Shown: positions 24,201-36,190 of the stretch, piece by piece
How the letters are laid out: every line of letters begins with the position of its first letter
Numbering within the stretch: position 1 is the stretch's first letter
DNA from: Macrostomum hystrix
Taxonomy: Eukaryota; Animalia; Platyhelminthes
Length of the DNA: 64,000 nucleotides
Direction of reading: 5' to 3'
NCBI GenBank assembly: GCA_950097015.1
Contig: CATNEN010000007.1
Location: 12,958,001 to 13,022,000, forward strand
Program-made: the position numbers and the translations under genes
Notes under the pieces: generated by a model
The model's database searches: none
Told to the model about the DNA's origin: nothing
What the model saw: the letters and a program-made list of their open reading frames with translations, nothing else

Positions 24201-27200
24201 GCCGACTGCATTGTTGGTTGAGGATTCAATTGAGAACTGAATGCTGAGCAGTGCAACAGCAGCTCACCTTATTAGCTAGCAGGTGCACCGCCGACTCCCA
24301 GGTGCCATTCTCCAGTGCATGGAAGTTGAAGCTGAAACGGCGTGAATATAAAAGGCACAGAGTTCCGCGCATTTACTTCGCCCCTAAAACCTCAAATTCT
24401 TAGTTAGAGCCGGCTGCGAGGCTACCTGAGGTTCAGCAGCGGTGCCAGCAGGTCCAGGATGTCAACGCAAATTCCACGAACTCGGCCATCAGCGACAAAG
24501 CTAAACGGCGGGTTCTCGATGAACGCGACTGTCAGCCGCTGGGTCTCGTGGCTCGAGTCTTCGGAGCGGTTTTTAGGACCCGTTTCCATGACAACGCTAC
24601 CGTTGGGCATGTACGTAGCCAGTTTTGTAGGCCCGATCCCTGCCAAGGAAGAGTGAAATTTCGTTGGCTTAAATTTTTCTAAAGCAGCGACTTGCCGAGC
24701 ATTTACCTGAGTAAACAGCAGCGTTGGCCTCAAAGTCACTGCGAGTTGTTCCATTCTGCCACTCCTGGGTGAAAAGGGTAGCTTTGACCAGTCACTCCTG
24801 CTCGCATCTTTTTCGTCTTCGTAGAGGGACACGGATGGAGAGGGAGGCAGTGGAGAGGGAGGCAGAGTAGAGGGGAGGCAGAGGAGAGGGGAAGCAGTGG
24901 AGAGGGAAGCAGTGGAGAGGGAGGCAGAGTAGAGGGGAGGCAGAGTAGAGGGGAGGCAGAGGAGAGGGGAAGCAGTGGAGAGGGAAGCAGTGGAGAGGGA
25001 GACAGAGTAGAGGGGAAGCAGTGGAGAGGGAGGCAGTGGAGAGGGAGACAGAGTAGAGGGGAAGCAGTGGAGAGGGAGGCAGTGGAGAGGGAGGCAGAGT
25101 AGAGGGGAGGCAGAGTAGAGGAGAGGCAGAGTAGAGTGGAGGCAGTGAGAGAAGTTGTCGCTCAAATCTGCAAGTCAACCTGAGTGAAATTTCTCACCTG
25201 TGACGCGATCCGGGTGAGGATTCGTTTCACCGCATCAGCTTTGGAGGTTGGCTGCAGATTAAAACACAATGTCGAAATATATTAGCCAGCGGGATTGCAG
25301 CTGACACTCATGGAAATAAGCGGGCCTGCTCCTACCTCCAGGACAGCCAGGTAAACTCTTGCTCTCCAACTGCTGAGCGCGCTCCTGCTAAATGCATCCA
25401 TATCGGCTCCGACACCGCCCGCTGATGGCATCAGCAGCACCCAGGTCTCATTCCAGCCCGCACTTAGCAGCTGCAGTTGGTTGGGGATAGAACACTGGTC
25501 ATACTGCCTGACACTGGTCATACTGCCTGACACTGGTCATACTGCCTGACACTGGTCATACTGCCTGACACTGGTCATACTGCCTGACACTGGTCATACT
25601 GCCTGACACTGGTCATACTGCCTGACACTGGTCATACTGCCTGACACTGGTCATACTGCCTGACACTGGTCATACTGCCTGACACTGGTCATACTGCCTG
25701 ACACTGGTCATACTGCCGGACATGCATTAGACTCGCTTTATATGTAACTCAGTGCTTAAAATATTTTTACTTCCTGAGTCTCCTAAAATCTGTCCTTACA
25801 GCGATTTCTGCTGTTGTAATTCATTCTATGCAGTAGAGACCAAAGTTGCTCAATATCTGATATTTGTTGAGGTTCTTGAGGTAGAAGGGAAAACTCATGC
25901 ATCATGAACTCAGAATGAATCTATGTTTGCCACCCTGATATGGAGTGCTGGTTCTCGAAGCAATCGCAGACACTGGGCATGAAGTGAACTGGCAAACAGC
26001 TCAAGACGCACTTCAAATGCATTATGTCATTCCTTATGCTGTGCCTGCACCTGCTCCTGAGCTCTGTCTGAGCATGGACTCACAGCAAAGGACCATTCAC
26101 TCACCGACTTGAAACCCTCCGCCGTCAGGTTGACGGGCCAGGAGATGACGAACTGCCGTGTTCCGGTTCTCCGACGGTCGGTCAGCAAGCCGGTGAGCAG
26201 CTCTGCATAATCAGCAGCGTCATGGGACAGGTGCACCAAGTCAGTAACAGAGCTGGCCGCTCCGACATGGCAACCATCTGCATTTTTTAATTAAGCTAGG
26301 TAGGTAAGGTAGGCAAGGTAGGGGAGGCTCCGTGGTAAACGGCAAGGTAGCTTTGGCTCCATGGTAGACGGCACGGTAGGGGAGGCTCCGTGGTAAACGG
26401 CAAGGTAGGTTTGGCTCCGTGGTAGACGGCACGGTAGGGGAGGCTCCGTGGTAGACGGCAAGGTAGGGGAGGCTCGGTGGTAGACGGCAAGGTAGGTTTG
26501 GCTCCGTGGTAGACGGCACGGTAGGGGAGGCTCCGTAGTAGACGGCAAGGTAGGGGAGGCTCCGTGGTAGACGGCACGGTAGGGGAGGCTCCGTGGTAGA
26601 CGGCAAGGTAGGGGAGGCTCGGTGGTAGACGGCAAGGTAGGTTTGGCTCCGTGGTAGACGGCACGGTAGGGGAGGCTCCGTAGTAGACGGCAAGGTAGGG
26701 GAGGCTCCGTGGTAGACGGCACGGTAGGGGAGGCTCCGTAGTAGACGGCAAGGTAGGGGAGGCTCCGTGGTAGACGGCACGGTAGGGGAGGCTCCGTAGT
26801 AGACGGCAAGGTAGGGGAGGCTCCGTGGTAGACGGCACGGTAGGGGAGGCTCCGTAGTAGACGCAAGGTAGGGGAGGCTCCGTGGTAGACTGCACGGTAG
26901 GGGAGGCTCCGTAGTAGACGGCAAGGTAGGGGAGGCTCCGTGGTAGACGGCACGGTAGGGGAGGCTCCGTAGTAGACGGCAAGGTAGGGGAGGCTCCGTG
27001 GTAGACGGCACGGTAGGGGAGGCTCCGTAGTAGACGGCAAGGTAGGGGAGGCTCGGTGAGTGGGCAGGGGGCAAGCGGCCCAGATCACCTGCAGCTCACC
27101 GCTAATGATTAGCGCAGCCGCGGTCGGAAGGAAGCGAAGCGCTGCTGCCAGCAGTCGGTTCTCCGCAATACAGCGCAGTTTGTTGGTAGCGGTGGCGAAG

Positions 27201-28138
27201 GAGACGTCAGCGTAGCCGTGCAGGACGGAGACGCTGGCTGGCCCGGCCGCAACTGTAGCGCTGCAGTTGCCGCTCCACTCGATGTGCACGAGCGTGAGTT
27301 TCGGAGAGCCGAAAGCAGCTGCAGTTACATAACAGTTAGATTATTGATTTTCGTTACAACCTTTATTTATCATTTACCTTGTTTCAGCAGAACTTGGAAT
27401 CGTAAATACGAGTAGCAGAGCATGGAGGGGCTCAATCATAAATTATCCAGGCATTTAAGCCAGCTGTCTGTGGTTGTCGGCACTGCAGCTCAGCCGCATG
27501 GAAAATTCTCCCACTCCGCTGCATTCCCAGCCCGCACAGTGAGTGGCAGCTGGCTGGCTCTGGTGTTTCCGTATGTCTCTCTATCAGGACCTGCGCCATG
27601 CCCTGTAGCCGCATCGATCGCCCGCTGTAGCAACAAAGCTGTTGGCAGGACCAGAACGCTTTGACGTGAATTGCCGCATCGATCGCCCGCTGTAGCAACA
27701 AAGCTGTTGGCAGGACCAGAACGCTTTGACGTGAATTGCCGCATCTCTCACCTTCTCGCCTCAGCACTGAGCTCTGTGTACAGACTAAAAAGTTCGAAAC
27801 TCACTGGCTGCAACCACGGCCTCTGCTCTAGTTGCGGTCTGCACGGAGGCGATCTCGAAGACTTCGCTGGTCAGGTTTAACCAGAGCTGCCCACCGAGAC
27901 ACTCTGCTGAGCTCTGGTAGATTGCTGCGGGTTTTTAAGTACTAATTAATTAGGAAAGAGAGGCTTACGTGCACAACCTGCGGGTGGTCAGCGCCATACA
28001 GGTTCAGTTTGTTCACCCTGATTGGGATTGTGTGGCTCAGCTCCTACCCAATTTCTGCAGTCGCCCGTCTGCCAGGAGGCTCAGCAGAGTGAGGCATAGA
28101 ATGGCGGCAGCAGCAGCCTCATGGCCTGCAGGTGGCAT
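21267..28138 (-). CDS. Divergent ionotropic glutamate receptor / IR-like channel (multi-exon)
   Basis: S1: RLTVAFIENPPF, GICVDILDLL, ADLASCDLSVTWQRAQLVDFSLPW. LFRLFRPFD before M1. Pore NAWNLFSALLHQG. M3 WWTVSLILVSTYTAAMVASLT. S2 GGSTQLLF. M4 LDLEHAAGIFLLF. Start codon and N-terminal exons are approximate. Confidence 0.85.
21800..22170. repeat. Intronic minisatellite, 27-bp unit
   Basis: Unit ccctgctccacagactccatctgcagt in the last iGluR intron. Confidence 0.93.
22710..22845. repeat. Short intronic 21-bp tandem repeat
   Basis: Unit caagcagcactagcggctcca and variants. Confidence 0.85.
23115..23960. repeat. Compound intronic array: ~19-bp catcacattctctcactct, (CACT)n microsatellite, and 19-bp cacatacttccactcccat
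   Basis: Three adjacent blocks at ~23115-23280, 23282-23465 and 23540-23952. Confidence 0.95.
24835..25150. repeat. Purine-rich ~15-16-bp degenerate repeat (pyrimidine-rich on the iGluR sense strand)
   Basis: Units such as gcagtggagagggag and gcagagtagagggga. Confidence 0.9.
25492..25720. repeat. Intronic 19-bp tandem repeat, ~12 copies
   Basis: Unit acactggtcatactgcctg. Confidence 0.95.
26310..27058. repeat. Intronic 29-bp minisatellite with alternating variants
   Basis: Unit ggtaggggaggctccgt(g/a)gtagacggca(c/a). Confidence 0.95.
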
Positions 28139-29500
28139 TAGCTCATTAGCTGGTCCGTTAACTTGCGCATGCAGAGCTGCTGGTCCTGCCGTCGCAGTGA
28201 AACCCTCAAAGCCGACCGAGCCAGTCGGCTTCACGCCTTTTCACCGTCAGCAGCCAGAACGAAATTTCATTCTGGCAGGAACCCTGGGCTCACCCAATGC
28301 GATCGGCAGCGATGAAGCCACGGAGTACAGTCTCGGGTCCATGGGGTGGTCTCCCCCCACTCTCTCCCAGCCAATGAGAGGCCACGCGAAGCAAAAATGA
28401 TTTGGGCGTGTCCTCATCTGAGCTGGGACCGGACTGGAATGAATGCAGTAAAATCATTTCCTCCCTGGGAACTCTGAGCGCTAAGTCCGGTGTGACTCCT
28501 GGCACGCCAAAGCCTGCACTCTGAGACATTCTGACCTTTTCTGGATTAAGATAAGCCTCTCTAAGAGTGCTTCGCTGATGGAAGCAAACCTCCGGAGGTG
28601 AAGCGGGGGGCATTGCCTTCCGGGACTCTTGGGTATTCGCGCCAAGGCCTGAGACGGGAGCGTAGAGTTCTTTACTAGTACGATTGGCTAAAGGGATTTC
28701 GAGGTCTGGTTTGAGAACAAATTAAAGTCTGCATCCAAGGCTGCGAGGCTGAGCACTGAGTGGGCAAACGCCTTTCTGTTGCTCTTTCCTGAGTCTTTCC
28801 TGATGACAAGAGAAGTAAATAAATAAAAAATAAATTTCAGTATCTCAATTGAGCTCACATCCCACACAAGTACGAGCTAGCGTTGCTCCCGCGCGAGCTC
28901 AGGAGAGGCTCAGAGCCTCAGCAAGTGCTAGAGTGCAGAGTTAATGTGCCAAGCTGCTGCCACGGTGACTGCAGAATCTCAATGAGGAGTCCGTCTCAGA
29001 CATCACGTGTCTGACCTGCGAATGGATAAAATTCGGGTGTAATTTTGCGCGGAACCTACTGATGTAAATGCGCTTAAGGTTGATGGAAATTCTGAAATAG
29101 ACAAATGCAAAATTACTAAATTCCCAACGCGTGCGCTTATCAGTTCCATTGACGAATCCAATTGAAGCCTGCATGCACTGCTTACATCAGTGTAATATAC
29201 GGCTATTCTGCTAATATGCTAATTTACCTTGATTTTTTGTAGTCCTGCTCAAAGCACTGGGCTAATTTGTACCTGCTTCTCATTATATACTTGATGCAAG
29301 TTTGTTGTTGCCACAACTGCTTTCCTCTAGAATTTGCGTGGTGTTATTTTCCTTTCTTTTGCGCTGCCTGGCGGTTTCATAATATTTAATTCATCCGTTG
29401 CGCTTTCCTGCACTTTTATTATGTTTGGCTCATTATATCTTCATTTAGTTTATAGGCTATTTTCAACTGACCCGCCCCTTCGTTATTCACTAATTGTTGT

Positions 29501-29767
29501 CAATGTCGCCCGATACATGTCCCAATGTCGCCCGATACAGGTCCCAATGTCGCCCGATACAGGTCCCAATGTCGCCCGATACAGGTCCCAATGTCGCCCG
29601 ATACAGGTCCCAATGTCGCCCGATACAGGTTCCAATGTCGCCCGATACAGGTCCCAATGTCGCCCGATACAGGTCCCAATGTCGCCCGATACAGGTCCCA
29701 ATGTCGCCCGATACAGGTCCCAATGTCGCCCGATACAGGTCCCAATGTCGCCCGATACAGGTCCCAA
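29501..29767. repeat. 22-bp tandem repeat, ~12 copies
   Basis: Unit caatgtcgcccgatacaggtcc. Confidence 0.95.
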
Positions 29768-30722
29768 TTTCGTTCTAATAAAGTTAACTCTGCCTACTGA
29801 TCCATTTAATAAGGCTTCACCAAAGTTCTAATTCTCTAATTCTAAAGAAGGAGTTGGGCCCATCTATCGTCATTTAAATCGACGTCATCTTTTCTAAGAC
29901 ACAGTTGGGACAATTCAGAGCCGTGCACCGAAGTTCTACCACTGGTGGTCGTTCGGATATTAAAAAAAAGAACAGTCGACAACTAAAATTCAAGTGTGGA
30001 GCAGAAGTACACCCCAGCAGCTGCAGTTGAGAAGGCCCACAGATGTCGGATGACTCCGGTAGGACAAGGCAAGCTAGGGAGACAAAAAAGTAGCTCTTCC
30101 AGAAAGTTAAATTTTGAAAGCTTTTCACCTGGAAAATTCGAAAGTCAAGGCTGGATGCCATCTGGATATTGCAGGATTGGGAAAGCCACACGACTCTCTG
30201 GCTCGATCCAGCAGCAGTCTGGTGAGTGACATCCGATCAGACAAAAGGCTATTATTGCTCTTCTAGGTCAATACTGAGCCAGCGAGAAAGCAGCGTCAAA
30301 TTCTCTACAACCTGGCATTCACATTCCTCAAAGCAACTTTTAGCTGCCTGTCTGAGCTGTGAAGCAATGGCAAGCTTCAACTGACTGGTCCCAGTGAGCG
30401 AGGCTGGCCTTGTATCGGTAATCTTGCTTCTTGGGTTCCTACTTACGGAGCGAAAGTATTCGCAGCAAAATATTGAGAACAGAGTCCGAAAAACATCGGG
30501 GAATGCAAGCTTTTTTGAGCCTTTGATAGTATATTCGCACCTGCCAAGCATATCTGATTTCATGACACAATAGTGAAGATTGTGGTTTCTTGTGTTGCCA
30601 TTGGCATCGTTCGATAAGTCTCGCTTTCATTGGCACAACAGTGAAGAATATTGCTTCTTGTGTTGCCATTGGGCATCGTTCGATAAGTCTCGCTTTCATC
30701 GGTTCACTCTTTCTCCGAGCCG

Positions 30723-31939
30723 CTAGCCCTGCCTGCACCAGTCGTCCAGCTGCACGAACTCGGCCAGCGTCAGCAGCCGAGTGCTCAGGCCGAAGCAGGA
30801 GATGCTGCCCTGCACTGAGTACTGCGCGTCCCCAGGAAAGCCGCCCAGCTGCAGGCATTGGAAATTGGCGCTGTTCAGGTTGCTGGCCGATTTGGTCGAG
30901 TCCAGAGTGGCGGGGTGCATGCTCCCGTTATAGAAGAAGCTGACGTCGCGGTCCGTGTCGTAGGTCACGCCGGCTGAGACCAGGGCGACTTTGCTGCTCT
31001 TCGTAAACACTGCGCCAGACTTTGACAGATAATATTTGCCATCCGAGGGCCAGAAGACCTGGTGCCAGGTGTTTCCATTGTACGTGTAGAAGTCGTGCGC
31101 CACGTTGACGCCGCTGCACTGCCGAAACGAAACGTACGTTCCGCTGTGGAAAGAATTTAAGTATTGATTTGTTAAGGCGAGCCTACCCTTATCGACATAG
31201 CATGAGGAGATCCGTGTAGCACATAGATTGAGTGTACAGGAGAGATGGGGTCCTAATACTCACTCGATGTTCAAAGGGTGCTTGGCACGAACAAAGAAGG
31301 AGAACTTGTTGCCCTTGTTGACCACCTTCTCAAAACAGGGAGTCTGAGCCATCAGGTAGGAGCTCAGGCTCGTGGTGAAGTGCGCCCCCTCGGAGTCTAT
31401 CGGTACGGTGCCGCCCCAGAGCCGGTGGTTCAAGGGGTCGGCTGCGTTCTCAAGGCCGTGGGTGGCGAATCGGTAGAGCAACTTCAGGCTCAGCCGGTCT
31501 GCGATCGGCTCCGGTGATTGCCGCACTGGAAAGGATTGGCAGGAGCCACCTTCGAAATCTGCAGACAGCGAACTGACTCGTACAATAATTCATGGGGAAT
31601 ATTTCAGTCCAACCCCTGACGCACTTTTATCTTAAAAAATAATAGATTATGATTACCGGCCCTGTGGGAGATGCAGGGTCCTTCGGTCCAGAGCGTGAGC
31701 CCAGCGCAGCTCGAGTTGCCCAGGTAGCAGAGACCTGTCTCGCGGCTGAAGTGAAACAGGTCGCAGCGGAGCCGCTGGGTGCAGGCGACGCTGCAGAGAA
31801 TGCGAGACTTCGCAGGCTGGCCGAGCAGGGCGGAGCTGGGGCACAGAGCTGCCGGCACGAACTGGTTGGTCGAGCGCTCCGAGGCGCACTGGAGGAGCTG
31901 TAGCAGTGCTACGCAGCAGAAAAGCAGCTCTGCCTGCAT
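30723..31939 (-). CDS. Secreted protein with PAN/Apple-like and LamG/ConA-like domains (3 exons, ~332 aa)
   Basis: Exons 31939-31657, 31558-31264, 31143-30723 are phase-compatible. Signal peptide MQAELLFCCVALLQLLQCA; PAN-type CSVACTQRLRCDLFHFSRETGLCYL; LamG-like GVTYD..SFFYNG..LQLGG..QGSISCF. Confidence 0.75.
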
Positions 31940-33287
31940 GGCTTCTAGGAGAGAGAGATTAGTACGGGTGGTGGGCTGGTGAATCGGAGCGCCAAGTTTA
32001 TAGCAACTGCTAGTTCCTCCTAGCATTGTCTTCGATCCAGCCAACCACAGATGCGAGCGTTTTCAGCCAACTTGCCAGTTTGACCTCGTGGGAATTTCGT
32101 AAAATTAAAGTTGCTGTGAGAGCTGTTGAGCTTTGTCAAAATGCTTCCAATGCCTTACAGACTCAGATGCAAAGCATCGATTGTTGTACACAGGGATATT
32201 CGAACATAATTACCAAAGATTCTCATGCAGAATTCAGCATGGCTTTAAAGCTTATTAAACTTATTGTTCCTGTGCTGTGTAAGCGAGGTAGATCACTTCT
32301 CTAATTCTCTTTTTCTTGCTTGAGTTTTTTAAGAAAAAAAAGTTTTCTTTATAGTTGTATTTTTTGCCCTGATTCCTAAGCCTCAAGTTTATCTGAACTC
32401 GACTAAAACTTTCCAAGACCATACTGCACAAGAAAAGCGTGGGCTTTCAAATTACTGAATCGTTGCATGTTCATTATAGCTACGTTTCATAAGAATCTTT
32501 GAATTTTATACACTGAACCAAAAATCAACTAGTCTTTAAAACCAAAAAAGTGACTCCTTTTAAATTTGCGAGCAGTTTGCTCTGACAATTTGTACGATTT
32601 AGGGATCGTGTTTTCATTTGCGCGACCTCTAGCTGTACAAGAATCAAAGGCGCGACCTCCCGTACAAGAATCAAAGGCGAAAGCCGATTTGTCTGGCTCG
32701 AAAGACCGGCCAAGTGCGGTCCTGGAGAACGGGCGGACTCCAAAAACCAAAGGAAAGGAAAAAAGGAAGTGGACAAAAGGCAGGAGGGGCGAAAGCAGAA
32801 GCGCAAGCACAAACCTAAGCTAATGTGCTCGCCTAAGCTAAAAAGCGCAAGTACACAGACCGTTTGAATTATGAGATCGTGGGGGGAGAGGGCCAAAGCC
32901 ATGCAGAGGCGGCCAGACACGTGCCAGGCACACAAGCCAAGCGAGACAGTGACGGGGTTTAGTTTAAAACCAGTTGAAGGCAGTTTACTTGCTTCAAACT
33001 ATAACTGCATGATCATAACTTAATTGACTACCGACAGAATCTAATTCTATCATAAAGCAGAATAAAAATATGCGTGAAAATAACTGGAAAGTCAGCTAAA
33101 ATTACCCAGGAAGTATCCACCGAGGGCAGTTTGTCTTGAAAATTATTTACTTCAGTTTTAATGCTTAAGTGCCAACGTCTATAATTTAAAATTAAATAGA
33201 ATGAAAATTCAAAATTTTCTAAATTCTAAATACAGTTTAATTAACATGTTTATGTCAGTATTTCGTTTCCCGTTTGGCTTAGCCATT

Positions 33288-33350
33288 GTGGATAGGCCAC
33301 AGCTATTTGCTATAAAGCTAAAGCAAATACAATAGCTGTGGCCTATCCAC
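33288..33350. repeat. Perfect 20-bp inverted repeat (hairpin)
   Basis: gtggataggccacagctatt (33288-33307) and aatagctgtggcctatccac (33331-33350), 23-nt spacer. Confidence 0.9.
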
Positions 33351-34187
33351 GCTGTCGTTCGACGTAGTTACGTCATATTTTATTTAATTATCAACTTTTT
33401 AGCTTTGTTTAACTGCAAATAATATGCTTTAGTAAGGAAAATTGTTGTTTATAGGATTATTGTTGCTTCTTTTGATATCACTTATTCAGCTGCAATTATC
33501 TAATTTAATAGCATTTACCTACGCTAAACATTTCCATTTGCTCTGCCTCTAAAGTGCAAAAAAACATTTGGTTTCAGGGTATCAATCTTAGCTATAGTAG
33601 GCATTGTTCTTGTTTCATTTTGTTTAGGCTATTAGTAGGCAATATTCTATAATCATGCATTTAATTATATATCACTTTCATATTACTTATTTGAGTGATT
33701 TAGTCACTGTATTTAATATGAAATAAGTGTGCTACTAGCTATTTTAATAGGAAGTTCTTTGCAGTTGACTATACAGAAGAGTATTTGCATTTATTGAAGA
33801 TTGGAGAGGTTGATAATGCAAAAGTAGACCTTAATATATTATCTGAAATCCTAGTTATGACAGTGCATGAGTGGTTCAATTTTTAATATAAATATATATA
33901 GTTATTCAAGATAGTTCTACCTTAAAAAACTTACAATGAAGTATATAATTTATAGAAAGAATTAAACTTGGCTTATGTTATCATTCTTATGTGCACAAGA
34001 AGTGTCTTTAAAGACAAATAAAGATAAATGTGTTTTTTAAGATAGCAAAAATGCTAGAGTTGATGTAAAGACAACATTTAATATTTATTAGACTACTAAA
34101 GATCTATGCTATATTAGCTATGAATTGATTTAGCTAGCCAGAAAAAATTTAATTCTAACTCTTAATTATAACTATATGCAACATTTA

Positions 34188-35183
34188 TGAGGGGTGTCAA
34201 AAAATCTGAATACTTTTTTTGCAAAACTTTTTTAACAGCCAGTAATCTTAACAGCAATGAGTTTTTTTATAGAATATTTTCTTGTAACAAATTATAAAAT
34301 AATTATATGAAATAATTTTGAAAAATCATAAACTGTTTAAAAGTTATGCATCTATTAACTACATTGGGATACTGCATCTCAATACATGAATAGGAACTTG
34401 GAGGCTGCATATAGAGTACTAGGAAACAGTAGGTCAGTTGTCTTTCAAAAAAGTTCAAATGCCTTTTTCAGTGGCAACTGAGACATTCTCAATATAGTCA
34501 CCCTTCAGTTAGATGCATTTTCCACTAGGTAAGTATGTTGTCAATAGTATCTGTATATGCCTACCTTGGCATTTCATGTGCAAAGACCCATTGCACTTCC
34601 TGCTCAAAGCAGTCATAGTTGGCATAAATCTAGTGGTACACTGTGCTCTAGGATACTGTTTCAGGCCTATGAATCATGCTCAGTTGTGTCAAACTTTCTG
34701 CACTGTTCAACCTTATGCACCAGAGAGTGAAGGCCAAGCAATGCTGTGCTGTCTTTGAGTTTATGTCCATGAATCCCCAGATTAGGAAGAAAAAAAGTTT
34801 TCTGCTTGCTATACATCCAAAAAAAGATTCTCCTTCAGTGACTGTTTCAGAGTGCCCTACAAGCAGAAGCAAAATACATTAGTACCATAGATTTGAAGAC
34901 TTATGATGTGCACACATTATCACAAGAAATTTTTTACACAATCTGAATTAGTGATTCTTATGATCTTTCAAAATTTTAGTCTAGTTCCTGCTCTTGTCAT
35001 GTATTTAGATGCAGTCCCCCACTGTATGTATCTAACTTTTGAACAGTTAGTGATATTTTCAAAAATATTTCACTATGTCATTTGTAAGTAAAGCCACTAT
35101 GAAAGGAATCAGTTGCTGGTACTGTTGCTGGCTGTTAAAAATAGTTATGTGAAAAAGTCCTAAAACTTTTTGGACACCCCTCA
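34188..35183 (-). mobile_element. Decayed, internally deleted mariner-like element
   Basis: TA-flanked TIRs TGAGGGGTGTC ... GACACCCCTCA with longer imperfect subterminal symmetry. The minus strand has remnants of a mariner N-terminal HTH (..SAESLTQLSMIH..TVS*STVYH) and C-terminus (GKCI*LKGDYIE). Confidence 0.75.
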
Positions 35184-35504
35184 TAGTTTAAAAATTATAG
35201 TTAGCTACTCTTAATTACCAGTTAACAATCGCCTAAATTTAGATAATATTTTATGCTATCATACTCATTTCCTACATTCAGCCACTTAGTTCTACTAACC
35301 TTTACCAATCTACCAAGTCTTACTAGCTCATTCTCAGCCACCTGGTCTTACCACCCCATGCCTAGCCACCTAAAAGCAGGAAGCAGTTGTGCATGACTGA
35401 GCTCACCTTGCAAATGTTTGCTGCCAAGAACATTATGACACATGCAACCCTATTCACCATTACAAATTTGTAATGATATTTGACTAAGTCCTCCAACCTA
35501 TGCT

Positions 35505-36172
35505 CTATCACTTAGCCCTACCAGCTGATGTTCCACCAGCCCATCCAGCCCATGCTCCATCACTTAGCCCTACCAGCTGATGTTCCACCAGCCCATCCAG
35601 CCCATGCTCCATCACTTAGCCCTACCAGCTGATGTTCCACCAGCCCATCCAGCCCATGCTCCATCACTTAGCCCTACCAGCTGATGTTCCACCAGCCCAT
35701 CCAGCCCATGCTCCATCACTTAGCCCTACCAGCTGATGTTCCACCAGCCCATCCAGCCCATGCTCCATCACTTAGCCCTACCAGCTGATGTTCCACCAGC
35801 CCATCCAGCCCATGCTCCATCACTTAGCCCTACCAGCTGATGTTCCACCAGCCCATCCAGCCCATGCTCCATCACTTAGCCCTACCAGCTGATGTTCCAC
35901 CAGCCCATCCAGCCCATGCTCCATCACTTAGCCCTACCAGCTGATGTTCCACCAGCCCATCCAGCCCATGCTCCATCACTTAGCCCTACCAGCTGATGTT
36001 CCACCAGCCCATCCAGCCCATGCTCCATCACAGCCCTACCAGCTGATGTTCCACCAGCCCATCCAGCCCATGCTCCATCACTTAGCCCTACCAGCTGATG
36101 TTCCACCAGCCCATCCAGCCCATGCTCCATCACTTAGCCCTACCAGCTGATGTTCCATCAGCCCATCCAACC
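35505..36172. repeat. 52-bp minisatellite, ~13 copies, ending at the GRIPAP1 acceptor
   Basis: Unit cacttagccctaccagctgatgttccaccagcccatccagcccatgctccat. Confidence 0.97.
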
Positions 36173-36190
36173 CTCTGCAGCTTCTGCAGC

